From IMG/VR virus record IMGVR_UViG_3300032280_000673, positions 1-47,547 of that record: DNA of 47,547 bases. One strand, written 5' to 3'. Source of the stretch: a virus. Its lineage: Duplodnaviria; Caudoviricetes. Both the position numbers and the translations under genes were made by a program. Of this stretch, positions 19,701-27,329 are shown one piece after another; the stretch's first letter is position 1; the number at the start of each line of letters is the position of its first letter. The notes under the pieces are model-generated. The model was not told the DNA's origin. It made no database searches and saw only the letters and a program-made list of their open reading frames with translations.

Positions 19701-19876
19701 GTGTAAAAGAAATGGGTGTGATTGCAGAAGAAATTTATGAAGTTTTACCTGAAGTAGTTTTAAAAAGTGAAGAAGGTGAAATAGATTCGGTTTCATATGG
19801 TAGAATTACTGCTGTATTAATTGAAGCTATAAAAGATTTAAAGAAAGAAATTGAAGAATTAAAGGCAAATAGATAA
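16724..19876 (+). CDS. Tail fibre with gp37-like N-terminus and C-terminal S74 intramolecular chaperone
   Basis: VQLKRSALSGKVP...LGELALNTYDGKIF; C-terminus SSIRYKENV...LDKVLQMRGVTY...GVIAEEIYEVLPEVV...V.YGRITAVLIEAIKDL. Confidence 0.88.
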   Translation: MSSIVQLKRSALSGKVPGTGSLNLGELALNTYDGKIFFRRSGSTDTIQEVVTTNVVNTGSVTLTGTLTAESIRTNLTASFGSLKVNDTLTVNHGETIISGSALVTSDLTILGAVNARQFNISIISSSTLFESGSSNFGNSLDDTHTFTGSVNVTGSLYLNGIDLSQGNNSGSFSGSFQGDGSGLRGVVSDELPRNGYDYNIDDIATINDFNATSSKYLIDFDIDAMIGTPVGHKTYIANFTGSTKVIPAGDSVRFHVRDVEVARIDENGFSGSINFPAGVVSGSQQLTSSYDTRYVLSGSITQTTWDNIASKPSGIISGSSQLTSSYDSRYSLSGSATSTFIRQIETYTATEGQTIFPTTASATINNVDVYINGFKLLTSDFNVTNSNTITLTTGSSVGEQVEINLYSAFAGTYLTTTDLTSLNTTTASLASSITNLNLLTSSLATTGSNTFRGTQTMSGSIIPAIDNTYDLGSVTYQWRDIYVSSGSLYIDGTKVLGSTGNELQITTDEGQSIKILEAGSDSIILQSADGDIQLKTSGGGNLLFDPTTGLIDVRGTLQIQDGNKITSSGGNSIQFGNDLGITGSINTTGNINGINLSTFSSSIVSQISTIQTNTGSSNARLTSIENKTGSYATTGSNTFFGTQTYSGSVYIANDLIVQGSSSIQYISASSVSIGTNIVQLNTANPSVRFAGLTIIDSGSIGGSGSFLYDSVQDEFIFVHRGNGTNITSSHFVLGPETYDSLGNETYLTTNRLPKGTGKEHLVDSNITDDGTTISLGSNVNITGSITISGNVDGVDVSVLNSNINSFSSSALTRLSTLEVETANLETFTSSINTTIKTRLNAETVVSGSSQVDVMSTTNIARLATTGSNTFTGTISINSGTTGFLTLGASNSYGSISSGGSGATIYFNGATRGGSTTAASNTIVVATDGEFYITNGAANSTKFLIASNGNATLSGTFTENSSIRYKENVETIKYGLDKVLQMRGVTYDKKDNGVKEMGVIAEEIYEVLPEVVLKSEEGEIDSVSYGRITAVLIEAIKDLKKEIEELKANR

Positions 19877-20757
19877 TGGCAAATCTTATCAATCTCACCA
19901 TAAACGATACGGGTTATATAGGATTACCATCAGGAACAACAATCCAAAGACCGGTATCACCTGCCACAGGTTATATTAGATTTAATACTACATTTGGTAT
20001 TATAGAATATTATAATGGTACTTATTGGTTAGACCATACCACAGGCCAACCGGTAGAAGGAACCATTGTAACATCCGGTTTACAACTTCATTTGGATGCT
20101 GGAAAATCATTAAGTTATAGAGGTGGAAAAATATGGTATGATATTAGTGGTAAAGGGCATCATGGTATTTTATATAATTCACCAACATATAGCACTACGG
20201 ATGGTAATGGGAGTATTGCATTTAATGGTTCAACCCAATATATGACATCAAATATAAAAAATACTACATTAGATGGAGACCCAAATTTCACAGTAGATTT
20301 TTTTATAAAAAGAACGGCAAGTTTTAGTGCTGGTGCACCATGGGGAATAGGTGGCACAGGACAAGGAAATTCAATTTCAGGTTGGACACCATCTACAAAT
20401 AGAATACATATAGATGTCTATGATTCTACCAGATTAGATAGTGCAACCGATTATCCATTGAATACATATGTTCATGTAGCTTGGGTAAAATCTGGAGCAT
20501 CAATCAGTACATCAACAGTAAAATGTTATGTAAATGGCATTGAAACAGCATTAACACTAACACGTGCACAAACAACTGGCCCTCAATATAATACATCCAC
20601 ATCGGGTGTAGGTGTAACTTTGGGAAGAATAGTTTCAAACGCAGATGGGTATTATGCACCAATAACTATGGGTGTATTTAGAATATATAATACAGCATTA
20701 TCGGCAGCAGATATACTACAAAATTATAACGCACAAAAATACAGATTCGGATTATAA
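19876..20757 (+). CDS. Fibre-tip lectin (LPxGTT.QRP N-terminal module plus LamG domain)
   Basis: GYIGLPSGTTIQRP...GYIRFNTT; LQLHLDAG...RIYNTALSAADILQNY. Confidence 0.8.
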   Translation: MANLINLTINDTGYIGLPSGTTIQRPVSPATGYIRFNTTFGIIEYYNGTYWLDHTTGQPVEGTIVTSGLQLHLDAGKSLSYRGGKIWYDISGKGHHGILYNSPTYSTTDGNGSIAFNGSTQYMTSNIKNTTLDGDPNFTVDFFIKRTASFSAGAPWGIGGTGQGNSISGWTPSTNRIHIDVYDSTRLDSATDYPLNTYVHVAWVKSGASISTSTVKCYVNGIETALTLTRAQTTGPQYNTSTSGVGVTLGRIVSNADGYYAPITMGVFRIYNTALSAADILQNYNAQKYRFGL

Positions 20758-21464
20758 TGGCAAGTTTAAAAAATTTAATAATAAATGATACGGGGTACTT
20801 AAAGTTACCCACCGGTACTACCGCTGAAAGACCATCTGCATCGAATGGATATTTGAGATATAATAGTACATTGGGTAGACCGGAAGTTTATATTAGTAGT
20901 TGGTTAAATCCATATGCTAGAACGGAAAGTTATTTACATTATTACGAAGGTAGAGATGCAAATTTATATACCGCAAATTGGAATAATAGTACAACGTATT
21001 CAATGTTGAATTTTGGTGGATTAGGACACGTTACTGCACATGGTTGGTCGACAGGCCCTGCCACATATACATTGACATTAAGTTCTGTTCCAACACATAC
21101 ACAAGTTCGATATTTGGTATTTTGGCATTTAGTAGATTCATTAGATACCGAAACAAGTAATTTATATTTAATGAATTCAGCTGGAACTGAAACTGAATTT
21201 TTAAGATTCACAAAAATATATAACGCAGTACCATCAACATCAGTTTTACAGTCTGGTGCTACCGCAACTTGGAGTGGTTCTAAATCATACACATACAGGC
21301 CTTGGGGTAATGGTACTTATGGTAATGATGGTTACTATATTTTTGATAGTGGTTATTATGACCACACATCAACTTCATTTACCGCAAGACATGTGATGGG
21401 AGCAGACCAAGCTCAAGCGGATGAGGCAATGTATCTTTCACACGTTCAATTATGGATAAGATAA
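20757..21464 (+). CDS. Fibre-tip protein (same N-terminal module, different aromatic-rich beta domain)
   Basis: MASLKNLIINDTGYLKLPTGTTAERP...GYLRYNST. Confidence 0.75.
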   Translation: MASLKNLIINDTGYLKLPTGTTAERPSASNGYLRYNSTLGRPEVYISSWLNPYARTESYLHYYEGRDANLYTANWNNSTTYSMLNFGGLGHVTAHGWSTGPATYTLTLSSVPTHTQVRYLVFWHLVDSLDTETSNLYLMNSAGTETEFLRFTKIYNAVPSTSVLQSGATATWSGSKSYTYRPWGNGTYGNDGYYIFDSGYYDHTSTSFTARHVMGADQAQADEAMYLSHVQLWIR

Positions 21465-21465
21465 T

Positions 21466-23127
21466 ATGGCAAGTTTAAAAAATACAACAATAACAAGTTC
21501 TACCGGATATTTGGGGTTACCATCTGGAACAGGAACACAAAGACCAAGTCCAACGACCGGAATGATGAGATACAATTCAAGTCGTACAGAAGTTGAAGTA
21601 TATGATGGTACTAAATGGATGAGTGCACAAAAAAGAAAAGAAAATTATAGTACATCTGGTTTGGTTTGTTATATAGATGCAGGTGACCCTCAATGTTATA
21701 GTGGTAATGGAAGTACTTTAACCGATTTATCAGGAAATTCAAATAATTTAACCTTACCTGGTTCTGGTGTAACATTTAGTACAGTAGGTGGTGGTTCTTT
21801 ATATTTTGATGGAACTACAAGAGCAAACGTTGCACATCATAGTTCATTAGATTTTACAAGTACACAACAATATACTGCAATAATTTGGGTTAACCCATCT
21901 TTAGGCGGTACTACTTGGCATGGATTAATAAGTAAGGGAAATTCACAACAATATGCCGCAACATTAAGAAGTGCGTTTGGATATATTCATTACGAAACAA
22001 ACTATTCATTGGCAGCAATAGACACGCCCAATAATTCAATAGTAGGGAGTAAGTGGCAACAAGTTGTGATTAGAAGTAATGGTTCATCAAAAGCAACATT
22101 TATTGATACAATACGATGTGCATATGTAACCGGAACAGTTAGTTCAACCACTAATACGGAAACATTAAGATTCGGTGAAGGAAATGATGGTGAATTACTT
22201 ATTGGTTATTTAGGAGCAGTTATGATTTATAACCGAGCATTAAGTGATGAAGAAATTGGAAATATATTTAATGAACAAAGAGGTAGATATGGAGTAGATG
22301 CACCATTGGGTTCAGCATTTAATCCAGCAGATTCGGCACAAACAATAAAAACTTTAAATTCAAATGCACCAAATGGTGTATATTATATTAACTTACCAAC
22401 TGCAGGGCCTACAAAAACATTTTGTATTATGGATAGTGCATTTGATGGTGGTGGTTGGATGCTAGCAATGAAAGCAACTAGAGGAACTACATTTAATTAT
22501 GCGGCAAGTTATTGGACTAGTAGAAATTTATTAAATCAAACTAACTTAAATCAAGATGATGGAGATGCTAAATATGATGCATTCAATTATTTTGAAGGTA
22601 CAGATTTAATGGCTAGATGGCCTGATATTGCAACAAGTGGAGGTAGTATTGCCGGAACGGGAACTTGGACATGGATGGAAAAAGGTTTTAATGGTGGTAG
22701 AGCTAGTACACGAACAAATTTAGTAGATTTTTTTACTAATGCAGGAACATACGAAAGTGGAGATGGTGGTACTTATGGTGGATATTTTTTAAGAGATGCA
22801 AAAACTTTTACTGGTTGGGCAAGTGGAGTATTTTCAAGTCAGGTGGATATTAGATTTTATGGATTTAATTTTAGAAACAATCCATTATATTTTGGTACAA
22901 CAGATGCTAAAGTTCGTTGGGGATTTGGTTGGAATGAAAACGGAGAAGGATTGTATACATCACCCGCCACTTTGGCAGTAGGGCCATATAGAGGTTCGGA
23001 TGATGTGAGTGGTGGTATTGGTATGGATAGTAGATACGGAAACTATTCGGCCGGAGACATGATTGGATGTTGTCAAGATACGACCGGTATAAATAGAAGT
23101 GCAAGAGTTGAAGTATATATTAGATAG
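21466..23127 (+). CDS. Fibre-tip protein (same N-terminal module plus LamG and fibrinogen-like domains)
   Basis: GYLGLPSGTGTQRP; LVCYIDAGD...IYNRALS; NGVYYINLP...TFCIMD..FDGGGWML. Confidence 0.8.
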   Translation: MASLKNTTITSSTGYLGLPSGTGTQRPSPTTGMMRYNSSRTEVEVYDGTKWMSAQKRKENYSTSGLVCYIDAGDPQCYSGNGSTLTDLSGNSNNLTLPGSGVTFSTVGGGSLYFDGTTRANVAHHSSLDFTSTQQYTAIIWVNPSLGGTTWHGLISKGNSQQYAATLRSAFGYIHYETNYSLAAIDTPNNSIVGSKWQQVVIRSNGSSKATFIDTIRCAYVTGTVSSTTNTETLRFGEGNDGELLIGYLGAVMIYNRALSDEEIGNIFNEQRGRYGVDAPLGSAFNPADSAQTIKTLNSNAPNGVYYINLPTAGPTKTFCIMDSAFDGGGWMLAMKATRGTTFNYAASYWTSRNLLNQTNLNQDDGDAKYDAFNYFEGTDLMARWPDIATSGGSIAGTGTWTWMEKGFNGGRASTRTNLVDFFTNAGTYESGDGGTYGGYFLRDAKTFTGWASGVFSSQVDIRFYGFNFRNNPLYFGTTDAKVRWGFGWNENGEGLYTSPATLAVGPYRGSDDVSGGIGMDSRYGNYSAGDMIGCCQDTTGINRSARVEVYIR

Positions 23128-23148
23128 TTAAAGAAAAAAGATATTATT

Positions 23149-23157
23149 ATATTTATA
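23149..23157 (+). promoter_or_regulatory. Putative late promoter ATATTTATA (duplicate of the copy at 27302)
   Basis: Lies within the repeated block. Confidence 0.6.
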
Positions 23158-23175
23158 ACAAACATAAAGAATTAA

Positions 23176-23352
23176 ATGGCAGCTATATTTCAAATTAGAA
23201 GAGGTTCGGGTTCAGTATCTTTAGTAGATGGTGAATTATATGTAAACAAAGGACCTGATTCGGACTATAATAAAAGAATAATATTTATAAACAAAGAATA
23301 TAATGTCAGTAATAAGAAGAATATTAAATTCAACCAAAGCCTTAGTAAGTAA
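23176..23352 (+). pseudogene. Truncated 5' remnant of a paralog of the 27330 fibre gene
   Basis: First 29 codons MAAIFQIRRGSGSVSLVDGELYVNKGPDS match 27330; similarity ends at 23262 and the frame runs on to TAA 23350-52 (58 aa). Confidence 0.75.
23281..23289 (+). promoter_or_regulatory. Putative late promoter ATATTTATA
   Basis: 13 nt before ATG 23303. Confidence 0.65.
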
Positions 23353-24769
23353 TTCCTTACCAACAACTGGGTCAAATACATTTGTTGGAACACAAACTTA
23401 TAGTGGGTCAATTATTCCTGCAACAAATAACACATATGATTTAGGTGATGTATCAAAACAATTTAGACACTTATATTTGTCATCAGGTTCTTTATACATT
23501 GATGGCCAAAAAGTCTTAGGTTCGACTGGAAATGAATTACAAATTACAACTGACAATGGGCAATCTTTAAAAATATTAGAAGCTGGTAGTGATAATATTA
23601 TATTACAATCAGCAGATGGAAATATTGAATTAAAGACATCTGGAGGTGGTGATGTAATTTTAGACCCAACTAGTGGTGTCATTGGTGTTAAGGGAACTAT
23701 GACGATTTATGGTGGTAATAAGATACTTTCATCAGACGGAAATGCAATTCAAATTGGAAATGACTTAGGAATTACAGGTTCTATTACTACAACTGGAAAT
23801 ATTAATGGAGTTAATTTGTCAACATTAAGTTCTTCTTTGGATACCAGAATTGTAACTGAAAAAAATAGAGTAGATGCAATCTTATCAGCAGCTGATGCAG
23901 ACAAAGATACATTTGTAGAAATAGTTAGTTTAATCAATTCCGTAGATACTTCAAACGATAGTACATTTGCATCTTTTTATACCGCAAGTGTTGGAAGATT
24001 AAATAATTTAGAAACTACATCCGGAAGTGTAAATATTTCAGTAAGTAACTTAAACACATTTAGTGGTTCTGCTCTTACACGATTATCAGCATTGGAAGTT
24101 GAAACAGCTAATTTAGAATCATTTACATCTTCTATTAATACAACTATTAAGACAAGATTAAATGCAGAAACAGTTGTTAGTGGTTCTTCACAAATAACTT
24201 TTAGTGGCATAAGTTCCCTTCCTACATTAGTTAGTGGTAGTTCTCAAATAACATTATCATCAACAACGGGATATGGTTCAGTATTAAATCAAGCAGTTTT
24301 AACATCATCAACACCAACATTTACTGGTGTTAAAGGGTCGTCTTATTTTGACGCACAAGCTAATAGTGGATTTAGAATTAGAAACGCAACTGATACAGTT
24401 AATGCGGGTGGATTTACAAGAAGAGGATTGTGGGAAGGTAATGCAAATTATGACCCTGCAATGTGGGCCGAAACAGGATATGGTCTTTACTTTTATTCAA
24501 ATGGTTCTGGAACTGCTCGAGCATCTTTTGATACTTCCGGGCATTTTGTTCCTGGTGCAAATAACACATATAATTTAGGTTCAGCATCATTTCGTTGGGC
24601 AAATTTATATACAAACGATTTACATTTAAGTAATGAAGATAAAGTTGGTGGAAATGATGTAGATGGTACAACTGGAAATTGGACAATACAAGAAGGTCAA
24701 GAACATCTATATATCATCAATAATAAGACAGGTAAGAAATTTAAGTTTTCATTAGAAGAAATACAATAA
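23303..24769 (+). CDS. Tail fibre protein (non-S74 C-terminus)
   Basis: 488 aa; residues ~20-178 paralogous to the middle of 16724..19876; ends WANLYTNDLHLSNE...GNWTIQEG..HLYIINNKTGKKFKF.LEEI. Confidence 0.8.
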   Translation: MSVIRRILNSTKALVSNSLPTTGSNTFVGTQTYSGSIIPATNNTYDLGDVSKQFRHLYLSSGSLYIDGQKVLGSTGNELQITTDNGQSLKILEAGSDNIILQSADGNIELKTSGGGDVILDPTSGVIGVKGTMTIYGGNKILSSDGNAIQIGNDLGITGSITTTGNINGVNLSTLSSSLDTRIVTEKNRVDAILSAADADKDTFVEIVSLINSVDTSNDSTFASFYTASVGRLNNLETTSGSVNISVSNLNTFSGSALTRLSALEVETANLESFTSSINTTIKTRLNAETVVSGSSQITFSGISSLPTLVSGSSQITLSSTTGYGSVLNQAVLTSSTPTFTGVKGSSYFDAQANSGFRIRNATDTVNAGGFTRRGLWEGNANYDPAMWAETGYGLYFYSNGSGTARASFDTSGHFVPGANNTYNLGSASFRWANLYTNDLHLSNEDKVGGNDVDGTTGNWTIQEGQEHLYIINNKTGKKFKFSLEEIQ

Positions 24770-24770
24770 T

Positions 24771-25508
24771 ATGCCTATTATAATTGGGACAAATACATTA
24801 AGTTCGACAGATGTAAACTCATCAGGTGTATTTACAAGAGCAATTGTAGATGAAGGGTTGATTTTATATTACGATGCTGCAAATTTTTATTCATATCCAG
24901 GCTCTGGAGCAACTTGGTATAATATGGTTGGTAGTGGGAGTGATTTAGATTTATTAGGAAGTTTAACAACTGCAACGGTTGGAGGTAGAACTGCAATGAA
25001 TTTTAATGCTGATGGTAAATATGCGTATAAAGCAGGGACATCGGCAACATTTGGAACAAAATCGGCAACATTTGAAGTTTGGATATATCCAGGTGCATCC
25101 GAATTAACATCAGGTGATAGAGGTACGGTAATATTGGTAAATGGTGGAAGTGGACAATATATGAGTTGGAACAAAGATAATAGTTACTTGTCAACATATT
25201 GGTATTCACATCCAACCGAAGGATACCACGAAACAGTGGGCCCCTCTGCTCGTAGTGCATGGCATCATTGGTGTTCTGCTTGGGATTATCAAAGTGGTAG
25301 AGTGTTTCAATATGTAAATGGAGTGAATTCGGGTAACGGAGCTTCACAAGGTGATGCAACTCCTGGACAAAATATAAATATAGGAAGAGAAAGTGTGGGC
25401 AGACAATTTAGTGGAGGTATCGCAGTTGTTAGAATTTATAATAGAGCATTATCCGCAGATGAGGTATTTCAAAATTTTACAGCAGAAAAAAGCAGATTTG
25501 GTATATAA
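24771..25508 (+). CDS. LamG-like fibre-tip lectin
   Basis: LILYYDAANFYSYPGSGATWY...TFEVWIYP...FSGGIAVVRIYNRALSADEV. Confidence 0.82.
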   Translation: MPIIIGTNTLSSTDVNSSGVFTRAIVDEGLILYYDAANFYSYPGSGATWYNMVGSGSDLDLLGSLTTATVGGRTAMNFNADGKYAYKAGTSATFGTKSATFEVWIYPGASELTSGDRGTVILVNGGSGQYMSWNKDNSYLSTYWYSHPTEGYHETVGPSARSAWHHWCSAWDYQSGRVFQYVNGVNSGNGASQGDATPGQNINIGRESVGRQFSGGIAVVRIYNRALSADEVFQNFTAEKSRFGI

Positions 25509-26263
25509 TGGCAATATATTTAGCAGATAAAACATTACAAAGTACAAACTTTAATTCTTCGGGAGAAACTCTAAATAAGTTTCATCTTCCGGATGATACA
25601 CTATTATTAAATCTAAATGCAACAAATTATAATGGTGGAACGTGGTATGATTCGGCACAGGGAATACCATTTCCAGTTGTTAATACCGCACCACCAAAAA
25701 CATCTTTAAGTGGTATACCATGTGTAGATTTTAATGATTCAGGATATTTTGAATCTTCTGCACCTAATGCAAATAAAGTTGATATGAGAGGTGCGTATAC
25801 TTTAATATTAATTTATTATCATGAAGGATTTGCCGCAAGAAGAACAATATTTGAAAAGGCAGGAACATCTTATGCATCATATCAACAGGAGATAGCATGT
25901 ACAATGGAAACTAGTAATGTGATAAGTTGGTATAGACAATATCCTAATTATGATTATGCGGAATCTAAAGCATATACCACAGGTGCATGGAATATGATTG
26001 CAATTAATGGCAATAACGACGCTACTCAGGGATATTATTATAACAATGGTGTGTGGACATATGGATATACCAATAGAGAAACCGGAAATATATTAAGAAG
26101 TGGTGCAATAAGAGTAGGTAGTGGATATTCCGGAACAGTACAAGCCGGATATTTGCATGCATGTATGGTATATGGTACGGATTTAAGTACGGATAAAATT
26201 AATCAAGTATACAACTATTATTCAAATATTTTTGGATTATTAGGAGTAACATTATATAGATAG
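25508..26263 (+). CDS. Divergent LamG-like fibre-tip lectin
   Basis: LLLNLNATNYNGGTWYD...GYLHACMVYGTDLSTDKINQVYNY. Confidence 0.7.
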   Translation: MAIYLADKTLQSTNFNSSGETLNKFHLPDDTLLLNLNATNYNGGTWYDSAQGIPFPVVNTAPPKTSLSGIPCVDFNDSGYFESSAPNANKVDMRGAYTLILIYYHEGFAARRTIFEKAGTSYASYQQEIACTMETSNVISWYRQYPNYDYAESKAYTTGAWNMIAINGNNDATQGYYYNNGVWTYGYTNRETGNILRSGAIRVGSGYSGTVQAGYLHACMVYGTDLSTDKINQVYNYYSNIFGLLGVTLYR

Positions 26264-26264
26264 T

Positions 26265-27041
26265 ATGCCAATTGATATTCAAAGTAATATAATTAATACA
26301 AAAACCTTTGGGATAACTGGAGTTTCAAATAACCCAGTTACATTGGATGGTTCTAGTTCTGCAAAAGCTGCACCATCCGGAAATTGGTTAAGAAATAAAT
26401 GTGGAATAAACACAAATGGCATGTATTGGTTAAACCCCGGTGGATTGGGTGCAAATCAATTTTATTGTGATTTTACATTTGATACTCAAAGAGTGTGGGT
26501 AATGGTTGTAGCAAATAGATTAAATACCGGTGGATTAAGTGGATTAACATACGCATCAGCAACTGGTGCAACTATAAACACATCTGGAACATATAATTCA
26601 TCTTTGGGATTTAATTTATTAGTTGGATTACCTTATTGGAAGCATTTGGGTGATACAATTTGTCAATATGTTTCAAGTTCAAATGTAAGTATATCAGGAA
26701 GTCATACAAAAAGAGCAAGATGGAAATTTAATGGATTTACATCTACATACGCATTCATTTATCCAAGAGATATAACGGTTGATGTTGGAGCGGATAATCC
26801 TGGTTGGTATGCATATCACGCGGTAAACAATTTTTCCTTTTCGACATATAATAATGACCAAGATGCACATGGTACAAATTGTTCATCCGTTTATAATAAT
26901 CAACCTTGGTGGTATGGTGGATGTTGGGATGGAAATTATTTTGCAGGTGGTAGTGGTTATGCAGATGGCCCTTATTGGTCGGGTTCGGGAGGAGATTATC
27001 ACAATTACGGAGCAGCATTTTTATCATTTACAGATTTATAA
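26265..27041 (+). CDS. Fibrinogen C-terminal-like fibre-tip protein
   Basis: NGMYWLNP...QFYCDF...FSTYNNDQD...NCS......WWYGGCWDGN. Confidence 0.8.
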   Translation: MPIDIQSNIINTKTFGITGVSNNPVTLDGSSSAKAAPSGNWLRNKCGINTNGMYWLNPGGLGANQFYCDFTFDTQRVWVMVVANRLNTGGLSGLTYASATGATINTSGTYNSSLGFNLLVGLPYWKHLGDTICQYVSSSNVSISGSHTKRARWKFNGFTSTYAFIYPRDITVDVGADNPGWYAYHAVNNFSFSTYNNDQDAHGTNCSSVYNNQPWWYGGCWDGNYFAGGSGYADGPYWSGSGGDYHNYGAAFLSFTDL

Positions 27042-27045
27042 TATT

Positions 27046-27285
27046 ATGGAAACAAGATTAAAAGAAATGAAACTTAAAATAATTAAGTTAAGTGATACTC
27101 AATACAAAAGAATTATAGAAGATTTTGATGGTAACGAAATTTGGAATGGTGGTGAACAATATTATGTTTATGATGGTGTTGTTGTCATGCAAAATGAAAA
27201 TCTATTAGAATTAATAGAACAAATGAAAGATTTATCATTTTGGAATATTGTAGAAGTAATAAACGAATTGTATCCAACGGAATAA
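27046..27285 (+). CDS. Small acidic hypothetical protein (79 aa), possible fibre chaperone
   Basis: ATG 27046 (METRLKEMKL...) lies 4 nt after the upstream stop; preferred over the overlapping track start at 26854. Confidence 0.65.
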   Translation: METRLKEMKLKIIKLSDTQYKRIIEDFDGNEIWNGGEQYYVYDGVVVMQNENLLELIEQMKDLSFWNIVEVINELYPTE

Positions 27286-27301
27286 GAAAAAAGATATTAT
27301 T

Positions 27302-27310
27302 ATATTTATA
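27302..27310 (+). promoter_or_regulatory. Putative late promoter ATATTTATA
   Basis: Intergenic, before 27330. Confidence 0.7.
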
Positions 27311-27329
27311 AGAAACATAATAGAATTAA

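Noticed and set aside
23176-23352. Programmed frameshift fusing the 58-aa remnant to gene 23303
   Set aside because: Homology stops at 23262, the target frame has a stop at 23288-90, no clear slippery site is visible, and 23303 has its own promoter motif.
26854-27045. Track start for ORF 26854..27285
   Set aside because: It overlaps the fibrinogen-like gene by 188 nt; ATG 27046 just after that gene's stop is more plausible.
8368-27285. DGR or invertase shufflon as the source of tip diversity
   Set aside because: No reverse transcriptase, recombinase, inverted cassettes or adenine-specific TR/VR pair seen in this window; a distant template cannot be excluded.
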